Notes under the pieces: model-generated
Told to the model about the DNA's origin: nothing
The model's input: only the letters and a program-made list of their open reading frames with translations
Databases searched by the model: none
Assembly (NCBI RefSeq): GCF_036321535.1
Contig: NC_087437.1
Span: 54,438,001 to 54,502,000, forward strand
Direction of reading: 5' to 3'
From: Camelus dromedarius
Lineage: Eukaryota
DNA: 64,000 bases
Shown here: one piece after another, positions 1-12,099 of the stretch
Position numbering within the stretch: the stretch's first letter is position 1
How the letters are laid out: each line of letters begins with the position of its first letter
Program-made: the position numbers and the translations under genes

Positions 1-1124
1 CTTCAACATCTTCATCTTCTCCTCTAACTTCAAGTCACTATGCCAGCAATATCTCCCCCTTTCTACATCACATCACAAGAAAAATAAACTACTTGCATTT
101 AACTGTACAATGGCCCTCATGCACTGCTACCTCATGCTCCACATCTTTTGCTCCTGCTGTTCCTCCCATCAAGTTCTAGCCATTTCTTCAGGCCAAATTC
201 AAATGACGTCCCTTTCAGGAAACATCCTACAACTCTCAGCCAGAATCAACCTCTCCTTCATGTAACATCTTTGCAAGGGCCCAGTCTGCACTTCTTTATG
301 GTACTTAACACAATTTCTCTTTTATTATAAAGAAGAGGAGTTTTAATTAGTCATAAGGCTAAAAGGGACTTAAGAGATCACCTAATCTTTAAATCTTTCA
401 CACCATTACCATCGCACCAAGTCTTCCATCATCTGTTCAGGGGAACTCACTACCTCCCAGGTAGTTCATCGACCCTTCCAAACTTGAACAGCGCTATTTA
501 AAAAGCAACAATCAGAAGCAATTTTTAAAGCCCTTCACCATATGAAGTCAGTACCTACATGTCTCGTTTCCAAACGAGGAAACCAAGGCACTATAAGAGA
601 ACAGGAAATGTTTTCTTAAGTAGCCAGGAAAGTAGTAAAGGAAAGTTCTGGTTTAATTTATCTCATTGTGCTGCTCAGAGGCTTCTCGGCTTCTGGACTG
701 TGATGCAAATAATCTCCTAAGAGGCTGAGAGGGATGGAAAGACACCAAGGCAACCGCTCTGCCTTGTTTACTGGAGAACGCAAGGGTGCCTCTCCACAGC
801 TGTGCTGCGGGGAAGGGGCTAGACAGACAGCTGTGCAGCCCCAGCAGATGTGGCTGAGCCACAGTTCACTGTCACCCTGTCAGCCTGAACTGCTGGAACA
901 CCATGCAACACGCTCTGGGTGGCCCTCACAGAGCTGTGAAGGGAGCCTGCAAAAGACAACCCCTCATCACCAAGCTAACCGAGGGCAAAAGCCTATCTAA
1001 CCGGCTACATGGCCTGACTTCTGATGGCAAAATACACCACCTCTGTCTAGAAAGCATCCTTAGAATTTTCTCGTGCCTTCTCCAGTTGTCTCCTGGAAGA
1101 TCACTGTTCTTGAAAAGAACTCAG

Positions 1125-1275
1125 ATTTAGAATCACTGCCACTTACTTGCTGTGTGGCCCTCAATGAGTCACTTCACTTTAATGAAACTCACCTGTAAAA
1201 CGGGGCAAGTAATAGTTTCTGAGATTGTGATAAGGATCAATGACAAACAGAAACTGACTTACCATGGCCTGGCGC
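1125..1275 (+). mobile_element. MIR SINE fragment
   Basis: MIR core-like sequence: ctgccacttacttgctgtgtggccctcaatgagtcacttcac...ctgtaaaacgggg...gagattgtgataaggatcaatga. Confidence 0.7.
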
Positions 1276-1767
1276 AATAAACCATAGTTCCTTCTAGTCT
1301 TGCTTTAGACTAGAGCCACCTCGGCTCCTGGGTGGTCCAGCAGGACATTGCCCTTTTGGGGCCCCAGGCTGGCCCATCTCCTAAACTCACTGCTAGAATC
1401 TTGCTTCCCCAGGTCTGTCCTTTGGGGGACAAAACATGAGGCTAGTGGGTGCGCCCCCTAGACCAAGGGCAGCTGTGTGCATGGGGCAGGGAGGGGCTGG
1501 AGTGGGGAGCGGGTTGTGGGCAGGTCTTTGTCAGGAGGCCAGAGCCCGTGCCTTGTCAGTGCATGCATGCCGGGCACTCACACTGCATTAGCGAGCAGGG
1601 GTGGGGACAGGAGGAGGCAAGCGGCCAGACAGGGGCCTCATTTTGCACACTTGCCTCAGACTTCACAAATGTTAGGGGTGGGCCTTATTCCCTGTCTTCC
1701 TTACTTCTAATCCACATCTGAGCTAATCTCATCCAACCCAATCCAGTGCATGATTCTGCCAGCTAGA

Positions 1768-2252
1768 AGAATTCTTTTCTGTTTGTGGCTGAATACTATT
1801 CCATTGTAGGTCTATGCCACAATTTGTTTATCCATTCATGCATTGATGAACATTTGGTTGTTTCCACTTTTTTGTCTATTGTGAGCAATGCCACTATGGA
1901 CCCAGGTGTACAAGCTGCTTGGGTCCCCATATTCAACTCTTTGGGACAGATATGTAGGGGTAGAATTGCTGAATCATATGATAATTTTCTGTTTAACTTA
2001 TTGTGGAACCACCAAATTGTATTCCACAGTGGCTGCTTCATTTTACATTCCCATCTGCAATATACGAGGATTCCATTTCTCTCCAGCCTCACGAACACAT
2101 GTTATTTTCCTTTTTTTTTTTTTTCCATTCTAGCCATTCTAGCGGGTGGGAAGTGGTATCACATTGTGGGTTTGATTTGCATTTCCCTGTTGACTAATAA
2201 CACTGAGCATCTTCTCATGTGCTTGTTGGCTATTTACACATCTTCTTTGGAG
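1768..2252 (-). mobile_element. Old L1 fragment (ORF2 C-terminal region)
   Basis: Minus ORF 1796-2098 reads QPLWNTIWWFHNKLNRKLSYDSAILPLHICPKEL...IVALLTIDKK...EWINKLW, resembling the L1 ORF2 C-terminus; degraded. Confidence 0.85.
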
Positions 2253-2877
2253 TAGCATCAGAGATAACTTTTAAGGAGGTAACTGCCATTCTAGGAAAAA
2301 TGAAAAGAAAGGAAAGCTGAGAATAGCCAAAAATTACTCCTCCCAGGATACCTCTGGGGTCTCTAACAGAGCCAGACCCCATCTTGCTCCTGGCCTGCCT
2401 CCTTGAGGCCAGAGGGGCAAGCCCCCCATCAGCAGAACCAATCAAGGATCTCCATGCCTTAGAGTTTGGGTGCACTGAACACCACTCGCTACAACCCACT
2501 GCACCTTACTCCCCACTCCCCTCCCCATTTTCAGCCCTTGGTATGTGGTCTGGTCTAGGACTCCAACAAAACTATCCCACGGGCTGCCAGCTGCATGCCC
2601 TGCAAAGACTAGAATACCCAGGGTTAGTCACGGCCCATCCAGGTGGGCTGCCCCCGGCTCATCTCCTGCTCGTTTCAACCTCTGCACACATCACTTGAAG
2701 AGCGAGTGGCCCACACCCCTCCCCTATCCACTTACCATATGGGGAAACTGAGGTTCAGGGGATGAAGAACTCGCCCGACCAAGGCCACAGCTCAACACAA
2801 GTCTACAGCTTGGGTCCTCGAATTCCCAGACTTTGTTCCCAGAACACAATATGATACCACCAATGTTTAGATATTCT

Positions 2878-3007
2878 CTTTTTGGTTGGGGGGGTGGGGG
2901 TGGGATTAAGTTTATTTACTTATTTTTAGTGGAGGTACTGGGGATTGAAACCAGGACCTCATACATGCTAGGCATGCGCTCTACCACTGAGCTACACCCT
3001 CCCCCTG
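2878..3007 (-). mobile_element. tRNA-derived SINE, camelid Vic-1-like
   Basis: Minus strand reads GGGTGTAGCTCAGTGGTAGAGCGCATGCCTAGCATGTATGAGGTCCTGGTTTCAATCCCCAGTACCTCC (A and B boxes) then an A-rich tail. TSD aga(t/c)attct at 2869-2877 and 3008-3016. Confidence 0.85.
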
Positions 3008-3639
3008 AGACATTCTTAGGCCAACACCACCAATTCAGGCCATGATTTGGTCAAGATGAGTCTCTTCTGGGCCTTGATTTTCTCCCTAGAAAATGAGGCT
3101 GGCGATAACTACTCTTCCTTTCCCCTTAGGAGAACTAATAAAGTGTGTGTGTGTTTATATATGCTTTGAGCTCCCTGGGAAGCGGTAGCTATATAAATAT
3201 ATGTGTACGTTTGTACTTACACTTTTTTTCTTCATGACCTAGTTGAGGTGGAGAACTGTTTTGGGACTAGGTGAAAATGGCACATACTCATTCTCCCTGC
3301 TTTTTCCTGCGGGGTCTAGTCTAACGTGTTAGGTAAAATGAGTCCCTTCAACTCTAAAAAAATAAAGCAGATTTTGTCTGGTCAGGAGCATTCAAGTCAC
3401 CCTCTGTGTGAGCCCACAACTGCGGGTCTACACTTGGGACCGGGGTCGCGCCAGTGAAAGTGACAGCTGGGGGACAAGCCACCCGATGGTCTGCCAAAAG
3501 CACTAGACTGGTACCCAGAGACCAGGGTTCAAGGACAGATGGGCCATCCAGCAATTGGAGTGGAACCTTGAACAAGCTACTCCCTTGCTTGGGGCCTCAG
3601 TTTTTCCATCAGCAAAATGAAGGGGTGAGATTGGGCTAG

Positions 3640-3760
3640 CGGATTTCAATTTTTTTTTTAACAGCAAAAATCCTCTTTAAAGAGGAAATTTCATGCAGAT
3701 CTCCAGTATTATCTAAAAGCAGGTAAAAATGGAGCCACTCTGACTGAAGGGACCCTTCTC
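3640..3760. mobile_element. Ancient hAT-Charlie (MER103-like) fragment
   Basis: Recalled similarity to MER103C (aacagcaaaaatcctc...ggagccactctgactgaaggg); a related sequence lies at about 59110-59285. Confidence 0.35.
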
Positions 3761-4699
3761 TAGCCCCATCTGGAGAGCTCAGCCTCCAGCTCATTGAAGT
3801 GAAGCACTTCTAATTAAAATATTGTATGGTTCTCTGTCATGAGAGTCACTAGTTACATCTAGAAAAAAAAAAAAAAAAAGACAGCTCAATAGGGTAGTCG
3901 AATGACAAGGACCCGGGGTCTGGGGAGACCAGAGGGGGCAGGTTGTGGGAGAGTGAGAAAGGTTTGGGCACAGATGGAATTCTGAGACGGTAGCCTGGTT
4001 TTTCACCTCCAATTTCCCTAGAGGAAACTGAGGCTGGTCTGCTAAGGTATAAACTTTGTAACTTTTTGACCCAGGAAGTTTTGAGAATCATAATAAGGAA
4101 ATGATTATAGCATGCTTTGAGCTCTTCAGAGACAAGCAGTATTTAAATACAAGGTATTATTACCTCCACAGAGCTCTCTTTTGATTACCACTGTGCTTGA
4201 AAATGTGGGCAGACCACTTTTATTTTTCAAAACTCAGGTGTTTAAAAAAAAATATTCACATGTACAATGCCTACCCCATCGCCCTTGTAAGTTAATTCTC
4301 AGCTTCCTTGTCACAGGATAATTTAAATGTTCAAAGAGATATTATACTAGCTTTATCAGCTAAATTGGCAGTCCCCTATTAAAGACGTCTATCCCTTCCA
4401 GCTCACTCTCCTCCCAGTATTTGAAGGACTGTTAAATGAACAGTGAAATAATATTATATTGGGGATTTTAAATGTCAGCATCAAAGATCACTCAACAGAC
4501 GTACTAGGTAAGAACTTATCTATCATAGACTCTGAATAAATCAGGTTAGCTCTGGGGTATTTGGTTCTTTGATACAGAGCCTGCTGTTGAATCTCAGAAG
4601 TCAATCCCCCCAAATTCAGAATGTTCCTCTCTCAGAACCGAGGGGCTTGAACGCTGAGCTTGTACTGTGCTCACAGGACTCAAAGTCAGAAGGTGTGGT

Positions 4700-5155
4700 T
4701 CAAGGCCTGTGCACGGACGGGTTGACCTGGGCCAGTCATTTCACCTTTTCACCTCTCTGGCCCTCAGTTTTTGCCTCTGTAAACTGGAGTAGTCTCCCCA
4801 CCCTGCCGACTTCATAAGGCTGCTCTAATGATCAAAAAGAAGTGAGGCAGCAAGTCCTGGGCGACCGGCCTGAGTGGCAGCTAAGAGCACAGGCTCTGAG
4901 TAGAGTCAGACAGACCTTGGTTCAAATCCCGGTCCTGCTAATTCCTAACTACATGACCTGAGTGACCTAATATTTTTGAATTAAAAAAACTTTTTTGTTT
5001 TCATATTCGTGCTTACGATAAGTTGCTTATCTGCGCTGAACCTCAGGTTCTTCATCAGAGAAAAGAGGTTATGGATAGCATTTTTCTCATAGGGTTGTTT
5101 TGAGGATTGAAAGCCTCGCCCACAGTGACGGTTCAATCAGTGTGGGCACTTATTA
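4700..5155 (+). mobile_element. Two adjacent MIR copies
   Basis: Core motifs cctcagtttttgcctctgtaaa (about 4762) and agagcacaggctctg...ttggttcaaatcccggtcctgc...gttgttttgaggattgaaa. Confidence 0.75.
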
Positions 5156-5727
5156 AAAAGCTGTAACACTCCATGTGCCCAAGGGGTTACTGTTGTTTCT
5201 CCCTAGTTCTGCTTTCAGGGCACGGCCGACCTAAAGATAACCAAGCATCTATTGTCTCATAGCCGCCTGGGTGCTCTTACTCAAATGAAAGGAAGAAGGA
5301 AATACACTGTGGCCCAGAATGGGGCTCCAGAGAAATTCAAACTGAGCTGCGGACTAAAAGCGACTTCTCTCCAAGCCTATTTTTAGCCAGCTGTGAACTT
5401 CTCTAATACACAAAGAGTGGTGCTGGGCCCTCTGAATAGCTCCGCTGACGAGCTGCTGCCTGCTTCTGCTACTATGTGAATTTATGGAGTTCTGGTCTCA
5501 CACTTCATTAAAGAAATATACGATGGTGCTGAGACAGGGGCCAGACACCTATAACTCCTGTCCCAATCTCTCAGTTGTAAATCTGAGCACCTCCTTCACT
5601 GAAGAGGAACAACTAAAGAGATGTTATCACTTGCTCCTTTGTAGTGGGCTCTCCTTTTTAAGCTGTTTGCAACAGACAACTTTATTAAGAGATCACCAAA
5701 CAAAAGGCCTGGCCCACAACACATGCC

Positions 5728-6130
5728 CAGATTTGTTAAGGATGCTTTCGGTTGCAAATAACAGAAAACTCAACTCCACCAACTTAAATAATTGGAAGTT
5801 TCTTTTTCTCACATAAAATACTCACAAGTAGATCAATGATCGTTGGTGCTAGTTTAGAGGCTCAATAAAGTCATCACAATTCTATTAAGGTGAAATTCTC
5901 TGGGCTTTTTCCTCATGGTTACATTCTGGCTGCTGCAGCTACAACCATCATACATATAATCCAGTGAAAATAAAAAGGAAGGGAAAATGGTGGCACCTAA
6001 GTCAGGGAATCAAAATATTTCTAGGACCCCTTCAGCCATTTTACCCATTTAACTTATTGACTAGAAGCGGGTCAAATGGTCACTCTTGTTTGGAATGTGA
6101 TTAGGAATAAAAGTTGCCAGTGAAAGTTAG
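5728..6130 (-). mobile_element. MaLR LTR (MLT1J/K-like)
   Basis: Starts with ggatgctttcggttgcaaataacagaaaactcaactc and contains gttacattctggctgctgcagct, typical of MLT1 in reverse orientation. Confidence 0.65.
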
Positions 6131-6259
6131 ATCAACCAGGAGTGTTTGCCACAGCTCCCAGTAAAAGTCTGCTGTATGAAGGAACAAAAATGAATGATTG
6201 AATACTGACTAAAGAAGTGGTTGAGTGAACATTTGAAACGGACACCTACTCTTAGACTG

Positions 6260-6510
6260 ACTCAGCTCAACTGTTACTTTTTCTAATCCTCTCTCCAGGT
6301 GTCAGACATTCCTATCCCCTTGCTAGCTCTCCAATGTCCCATAATACCATTTTCCTCCTGTACTTACCTTCCTACTCACCTGTCTATTTTATTGACTAGT
6401 ATTTAAGCCCCTTAGCAGCAAAGTGTGTGTCTTATTCACCACTAGTATGGTGCCTGGAATATACTAGTTAATCCATACATAATTGTAGTTATATTTGTTG
6501 AATATGCTCT
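6260..6510 (+). mobile_element. L2 3' end fragment
   Basis: gactagtatttaagccccttagcagc...gtcttattcacc...gtgcctggaatata...atatttgttgaat resembles the L2 3' terminus. Confidence 0.6.
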
Positions 6511-7747
6511 TAAGAAAAATTCCAGAAAACATAAGTGACATTGCTCAGCACACACATAAAAAAAGCCTTTTAAATCCCTCTTTGGGATTAGTCTACCTTA
6601 AAAAAAAAAAAAATAGAACCAGAGTTGTTTAGGTGATGTGGTTAATTAAACATGAGAGTATGTTAATGTGGTTTCTCTTGCAAATCAAAGAAGTCACAGA
6701 AATTATTTTTATTTTGTTTAGTCTAAAATATTGTATATTTATTTTCAGTGTTAAATCTGTTCCTGGTTCTGAAGTCTTTGATCTAAGCAAAGAGTAAGGT
6801 ATCAAAACTGGAGAAGTGTGTTAAAAATAAAAATTCATAAGAAGAGCCCTACAGGCAGGGTAGGAGAGTAGGGTACCTGGTAACGGGGCAAAGCGTCCCT
6901 GAACTGGGGATTGGCTACCTTCCTTGTTTCTTTGTGGTGGCCCCCACCCCTTCTCTTCATTTCCCACTGACTCTGTCCCTCCCCGGTCTCTTCATTGTGT
7001 TGGGCCTTGGGAAATAAGTAGGGCTGGATAAGCACACATGTGATAGGAACAGCATGAGAAAGGGCGTGACACCAGGAAAGCACGGGATGAGAATGGTTAC
7101 CTGGGATTCGAGCACATGAAGTTAGAGAGGGTGTAAAGGAGGAGACAGTTCTGGAGAAGGCAGCCCATCATGCTGGGCCCAACAGTATGTCTTTCCAAAT
7201 ATGGGCCTTCTTCTCTCCATCTTGAATGCAATGTATTCTTTCTGTCACATGATAGAATTTTTAAAAAGAACCCATGTTGGGGCTTTCTTTCTTCCCCTCA
7301 TCTGCAAATAAGGGGAAGTTATTCCAGGCTTGGCCTATGTCCAAAGACAGGGTGGAGGTTCTCCTGGGTCTGCTGGCTGTCCAGGCTGTCTGCCAGAGCT
7401 CTTCTCTACAGCCCTGGCCTGAGGGGTGGTGGTCTGTGCCGTGCGCCTGCACCTCCCTGGCCCCGTGTCAGCCGTCGTGTCCGTTCTCTGGGGTTGGCAC
7501 TGCGGTGCGTTGAGGGGGAAACTGCTGCTTCAGCCACCCAGCCATCTCCCATGAAGAGGGGCAGGTATCTGTCACCTGACACGGTCCACATGTCTCCTCC
7601 TCTTGTCAATAACTCAAAAGAGAAAGGTCCAGGGTGCCGATAATTCATGGTGAAGCCAGTGCTCCTGGAGCAGATCACAGTTCCTCCTGACATGACTGGA
7701 ACTGCCTTTTAATCCATGTTATTCCCTGGGGGGACAAAGTGAGTTTA

Positions 7748-8157
7748 TACAGCAACATGGATGGACCTAGAGATTATCACACTAAGTGAAGTAAGTCAGA
7801 CAGACAAAGGCAAATATCATTTGATATCACCTATATGTGGAATGTTAAAAAAATGACACAAATGAACTTATTTACAAAACAGAAACAGACTCACAGAAAT
7901 AGAAAAGAAATTTATAGTTACCAAAGGGGAAAGTAGGGGGGGAGGGATAAATTAGGAGTTTGGGATTAGCAGATACAAACTACTTTATATAAAGTAGATA
8001 AACAACAAGGACCTACTGTAGAGCACAGGAAACTACATTCAATATCTTTAATAACCTATAATGAAAAAGAAAATGAAAAAAATGTATAACTGAATCACTA
8101 TGCTGTACACCAGAAACTAACACAATGTTGTAAATCAACTGTACTTCAGTTTAAGAA
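7748..8157 (+). mobile_element. 5'-truncated L1 (ORF2 end plus 3' UTR), cetartiodactyl type
   Basis: gcaacatggatggacctagagattatc...gactcacag...gggataaattaggagtttgggattagcagatacaaactac...aatcaactgtacttc. Exact 12-bp TSD aaagtgagttta at 7736-7747 and 8158-8169. Confidence 0.92.
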
Positions 8158-9809
8158 AAAGTGAGTTTAGGATCAAGACACCAATGGCCAAGCAACCCTG
8201 AATTAAGCACTTTTTCAGCAGTAGGAAGTATAAGGAGGAGTATGACAATTTTACAATTACATTTTGTCAAAACAAATGGGTCAACTCTCACTCCTCCACT
8301 CTGTAAAAAAATCAAGAACAAATATTTCTTTCCAAGCCAGTCTCTTCCAGACCCCAAACCAGCTCTACACCAAGGTTTCAGCAGATGTTTCTGTGTGCGG
8401 ATGTGGGATTACCCACTGCGTGTTGTCACTTGTAGCCTTGCCCGCCCCCCGCCCGTCCCCTGCCCTCTCTCTGTGTGGAAAGTGAGAAATTCACTGCAAT
8501 GCTGCTTTTTCCTCTTCCCTGCACCCCCACAGCATGCGGTGAACCAGGCTCTGATGCCAGAATCCGGAGGAGAGCCTCAGACTCTCTCTGTGATGCTAGC
8601 TGGGGCAGAGCACTCCCTACTCCCACTGCCAGGTAGCTGCCTGCCCTCACCTTCTCTGCTTTCCCACCCTCCTCAGAGTGGCGGGCAAGAGAGAGGTCAC
8701 GGCCCCACTCAGCTAGTTCTAGCCCGAAGAGATCAGAAATCCCTTTGGAAGCTTAGGGAAGGCAAAAGAAAAGCAAGCTCCTGTCTTTGAAAGGGTCCTA
8801 ATAGGAAATGAAGCTTGACACGGGAGCGTGAAGTAGTACTAAAAAGAGATGAAAGGTGAGTGCCTCAGTCCGTTCTTCAACTGCATCCTTCATCTTTAGA
8901 CCCTGCTCCCCTCGGGTGGCAACCTAGCAGCTGTCTTTTTTCCCTCTTTGTTTCTCTTTCTTCTTTTCCTGAAACTTGTCTTGGAAAGAGAAAGACTTTC
9001 TAATGAGGCAAGACAAGCGAGACATTAGCCTCTAGCACCAATTCTAGCACGGGCAGTTGAAACATCCCTGTTAGTCAGTGAATACTATCTGCAGGGCCAT
9101 CTGATCATCTTCTGAAATGTCTGGCCCTTGCTTTGAAACTTTTTTGGGTATAACCAAGCATCTCTTGATCAAAAGGGCTCTCTCTGGCAGAGGCAAGAGG
9201 CTGGGCTTTCTAAATATTCTTTTGCTCTGGGTAAGAGAAGAAAACAATGTTCCCAACTTTTACAACACGTAGTCCTCCATAGCATCTGGTTGGTTTGTCT
9301 GTCACTGTCTGAATGTGTGACACGTCCAAGGTGCTGGAGGGTAGAGAACCAGAGATGAGTTAGACACAATCAGTTACTTTACGAGTTTCGTCTGGAATGA
9401 GCAGAGAAAGGCACACACACAAATAACTTGAACACAAGGTAGAAAGTGAATGTGAAGCCCCCTCAGGGGCAGGGGCAGAAGAGGCGGGGTGAGAGAGCAT
9501 TCCTCTCGAAATCAACGAAATCACCGTAGGAGCCTTTTCAAAATCTGTTAAATTCCACCCCACTTGTGCTTCTTATTCAGAATGATTTTGCTTACGTCTT
9601 TGTTGATTGTTTGCTTAGTTGAGGGTAGGTGGGGTGTGAGGAGCCTCAGTCTCTCTCTCTCTCTTTCTATACATATGTGTGTGTGTGTGTATTAGAGGTA
9701 GATACATCTGTATGTATAGATATCTTTATGTACCTATAGTATATTTCTTTATATAAATATTCAAGTCATACAGATATGGCCAGGTAACCATGGGAATTAA
9801 CCCAGCTGC

Positions 9810-11240
9810 TGCATTCATTTATCCACTCAAGAAATATTTATGGAGTACTTATAATGTGCCAGGCACTATGCACTGGTCATACAATGCTAACCATGTCTTT
9901 TTTCTCATGTGCTTCAGTATTTTTATAGACTATACTCCATTTAAAGTTATTATAAAATATTGGCTATATTCCTTGTGTAATATAACCTTGTAGCTTATAT
10001 ATTTTATATATAGCTAATCTCTTAATCCCATACTTTTCATACCCCTCCTCCTTTCCCTCTCCCCACTGATAACCACTAGTTTGTTCTCTGTATCTGTAAA
10101 TGTATTTCTGTTTTATTAATTTATTCATATGTTTTATTATTTAGATTCCACATATAAATGATAACATACAGCATTTGTCTTTCTCCGCCTGGCTTATTTC
10201 ACTAATAATACACTCTGGGTCCATCCATGTTGTTGCAAATAGCAGAACTTCATTCTTTTTTCTGGCTGAGTAATATTCCTGTGTGTGTGTGTGTGTGTTT
10301 GTGTGTGTGTGCGTCTACCATATTTTCTTTATCCATTCACCTGTTGATGAATACTTTGGTTGCTTCCATATCTTAGGTATTGTGAGTAATGCTGTATGAA
10401 CATTGTGATGCATGTATCTTTTCAAATTAGTGTTTTCATTTTCTTCAAAAAAATACTCAAGAGTGAAATTGCTGAATCATATGGTAGTTCTATTTTTAAT
10501 GTCTTGAGGAACTGCCATAGAGTTTTCTGAAGTGGCTGTACCAATTTACCTTCCCACCAATGTGTTAGTGTACTAGGGGTCCCTCTTCTCCACATCCTTG
10601 CTTGGTGACCATGTCTTCATAGTACTTACACAAGGAATGGAGGAATAGGCTTTAGCTCAATAATTATGCAAATAAATGTGCAATTACAAATAGAAAAATA
10701 AAATTTTAGAAGATCATAATTGAGGAGGAGGAATTGCTCCCAGACTGGGTATATGCGGACAGATATCCAAAAAAAGTTTCATAGAGAAATCTGCCAGTTT
10801 TGACAATTGTGTAAAATTTGGATATTGCATGTTGATCGGGAAAAGGGACTCCATTTAAATGGCACAGTGTGAGGGCAGCCAAACAGGAAAGGGTTTAGAC
10901 TACGTTCTGGAGTAACAGGAGAGACTGAAGTTTTCTGAGTGGTGGAAACAGTAGCTACATTTGAGAAAGTTAGTCTGACAGCATTGTAGGAAAAAAGAAA
11001 GCAGGGACAGGCAGGAGGAAGCTAGACTCTTGGGCAGCCCCCGAAATATAAAACAGAAGAATGGCGGCAGTGGGGATGACAAGTAGGAAATGGAAAAAAG
11101 AAGCATTGCTGACGTATAATCTATAGGATTTGGCATTAACTAGATGATGGGGGTCAAGGTAAAGCGGCTGGTAAGAGAGAGAGGAATAAAAGATAATCCC
11201 AATATTTCTAGCCTGGAAACATAGAGACTTTGGGGCTGGG
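9810..11240 (-). mobile_element. L2 element interrupted by an L1
   Basis: L2 tail cattcatttatccactcaagaaatatttatggagtacttataatgtgccaggcact at about 9812; L2-like body resumes after 10617. Confidence 0.7.
9900..10607 (-). mobile_element. 5'-truncated L1 nested in L2, with an internal (TG)n
   Basis: L1 3' motifs ttagattccacatataaatgataac...ccatccatgttgttgcaaat...attgctgaatcatatggtagttctattttt. TSD accatgtctt at 9890-9899 and 10608-10617. Confidence 0.88.
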
Positions 11241-12099
11241 AGTGGGGGGTAGGGCAGTGGATTTATGGAGAAATTCCATCCGGGGAATACCAGCATGTCA
11301 ACACAGATTCTGAGAAGAGGACACCCACCTTACAGCTGACACTTCTCCTTGTTTTCTGTCTCTTCTTCTCCCACTTCTGCTCCATTGCTCATTATAACAG
11401 ATAATAGATTATAAATTGTCACAGTTTTGGAGAAATTTAAAAACTTATCCCAGAATATGATCAGTATCTTGATTTCTCATCCAGAGGTCTGCTTAGCAGT
11501 GGAGGAGGACTCTGGTGCAATTAGGCAGCCTACACCCAGCCAAGCACCTTTCAGCATTGCTGCATCCACCACCTGGGGTCTTGGGCAAGTCACTTCACCT
11601 CCTGCATTTCACTTTCCTCATGTAGAGGACATTGGGTGTAATTATATCTAGTCCATCTGCCTCAACAGAGTGCTAAGTGCTTCAGAAAGAATCCAGAAGA
11701 GGTGATGAGTCTCTGCCTGAACAAAGCCAGGGGCAGTCGAGGTAGAGAGCGATAAGCTCTGAAAGGCAGCCAAGTGGAGAGGAGGGCTGAAAGTGTATGT
11801 TAGGCCAGAATGGAAGGGTTAGAAGACAAGTAACTGTTACACTGAGAGTCCACATGCTTTTTCACTGTGTGTCAAAAGCAGGGTTTGAGAGTAGAATTTG
11901 GATTCTCAGAAGTCTGTTTTAAAGAGAGAAAAAAAGATGGTCATTATTGGGCCAGAGTCTGTTAATTGCTTCCCAACATCTAGTGTCTCACTTTCAGTAA
12001 TTACCCTGGTTTTTGACTGGGCACAGAAGCAGTCAGCTGGATTTCCCAGCCTGTCCTGCTGCTTGATGTGCCCAGATGACTAAGTCCTAGTCAGGGAAA

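Noticed and set aside
1449..1466. CTCF-like motif (minus GGTCTAGGGGGCGCAC)
   Set aside because: The 3' core matches but the 5' CCA positions do not; too weak without a PWM score or ChIP data.
2930..3005. tRNA-like sequence with A and B boxes (also at about 15190, 16745 and 57555)
   Set aside because: A-rich tails, TSDs on three copies and divergence indicate SINE copies, not tRNA genes.
8161..8790. 209-aa plus-strand ORF
   Set aside because: Starts at a GTG inside the L1 TSD; composition looks non-coding and I see no homology.
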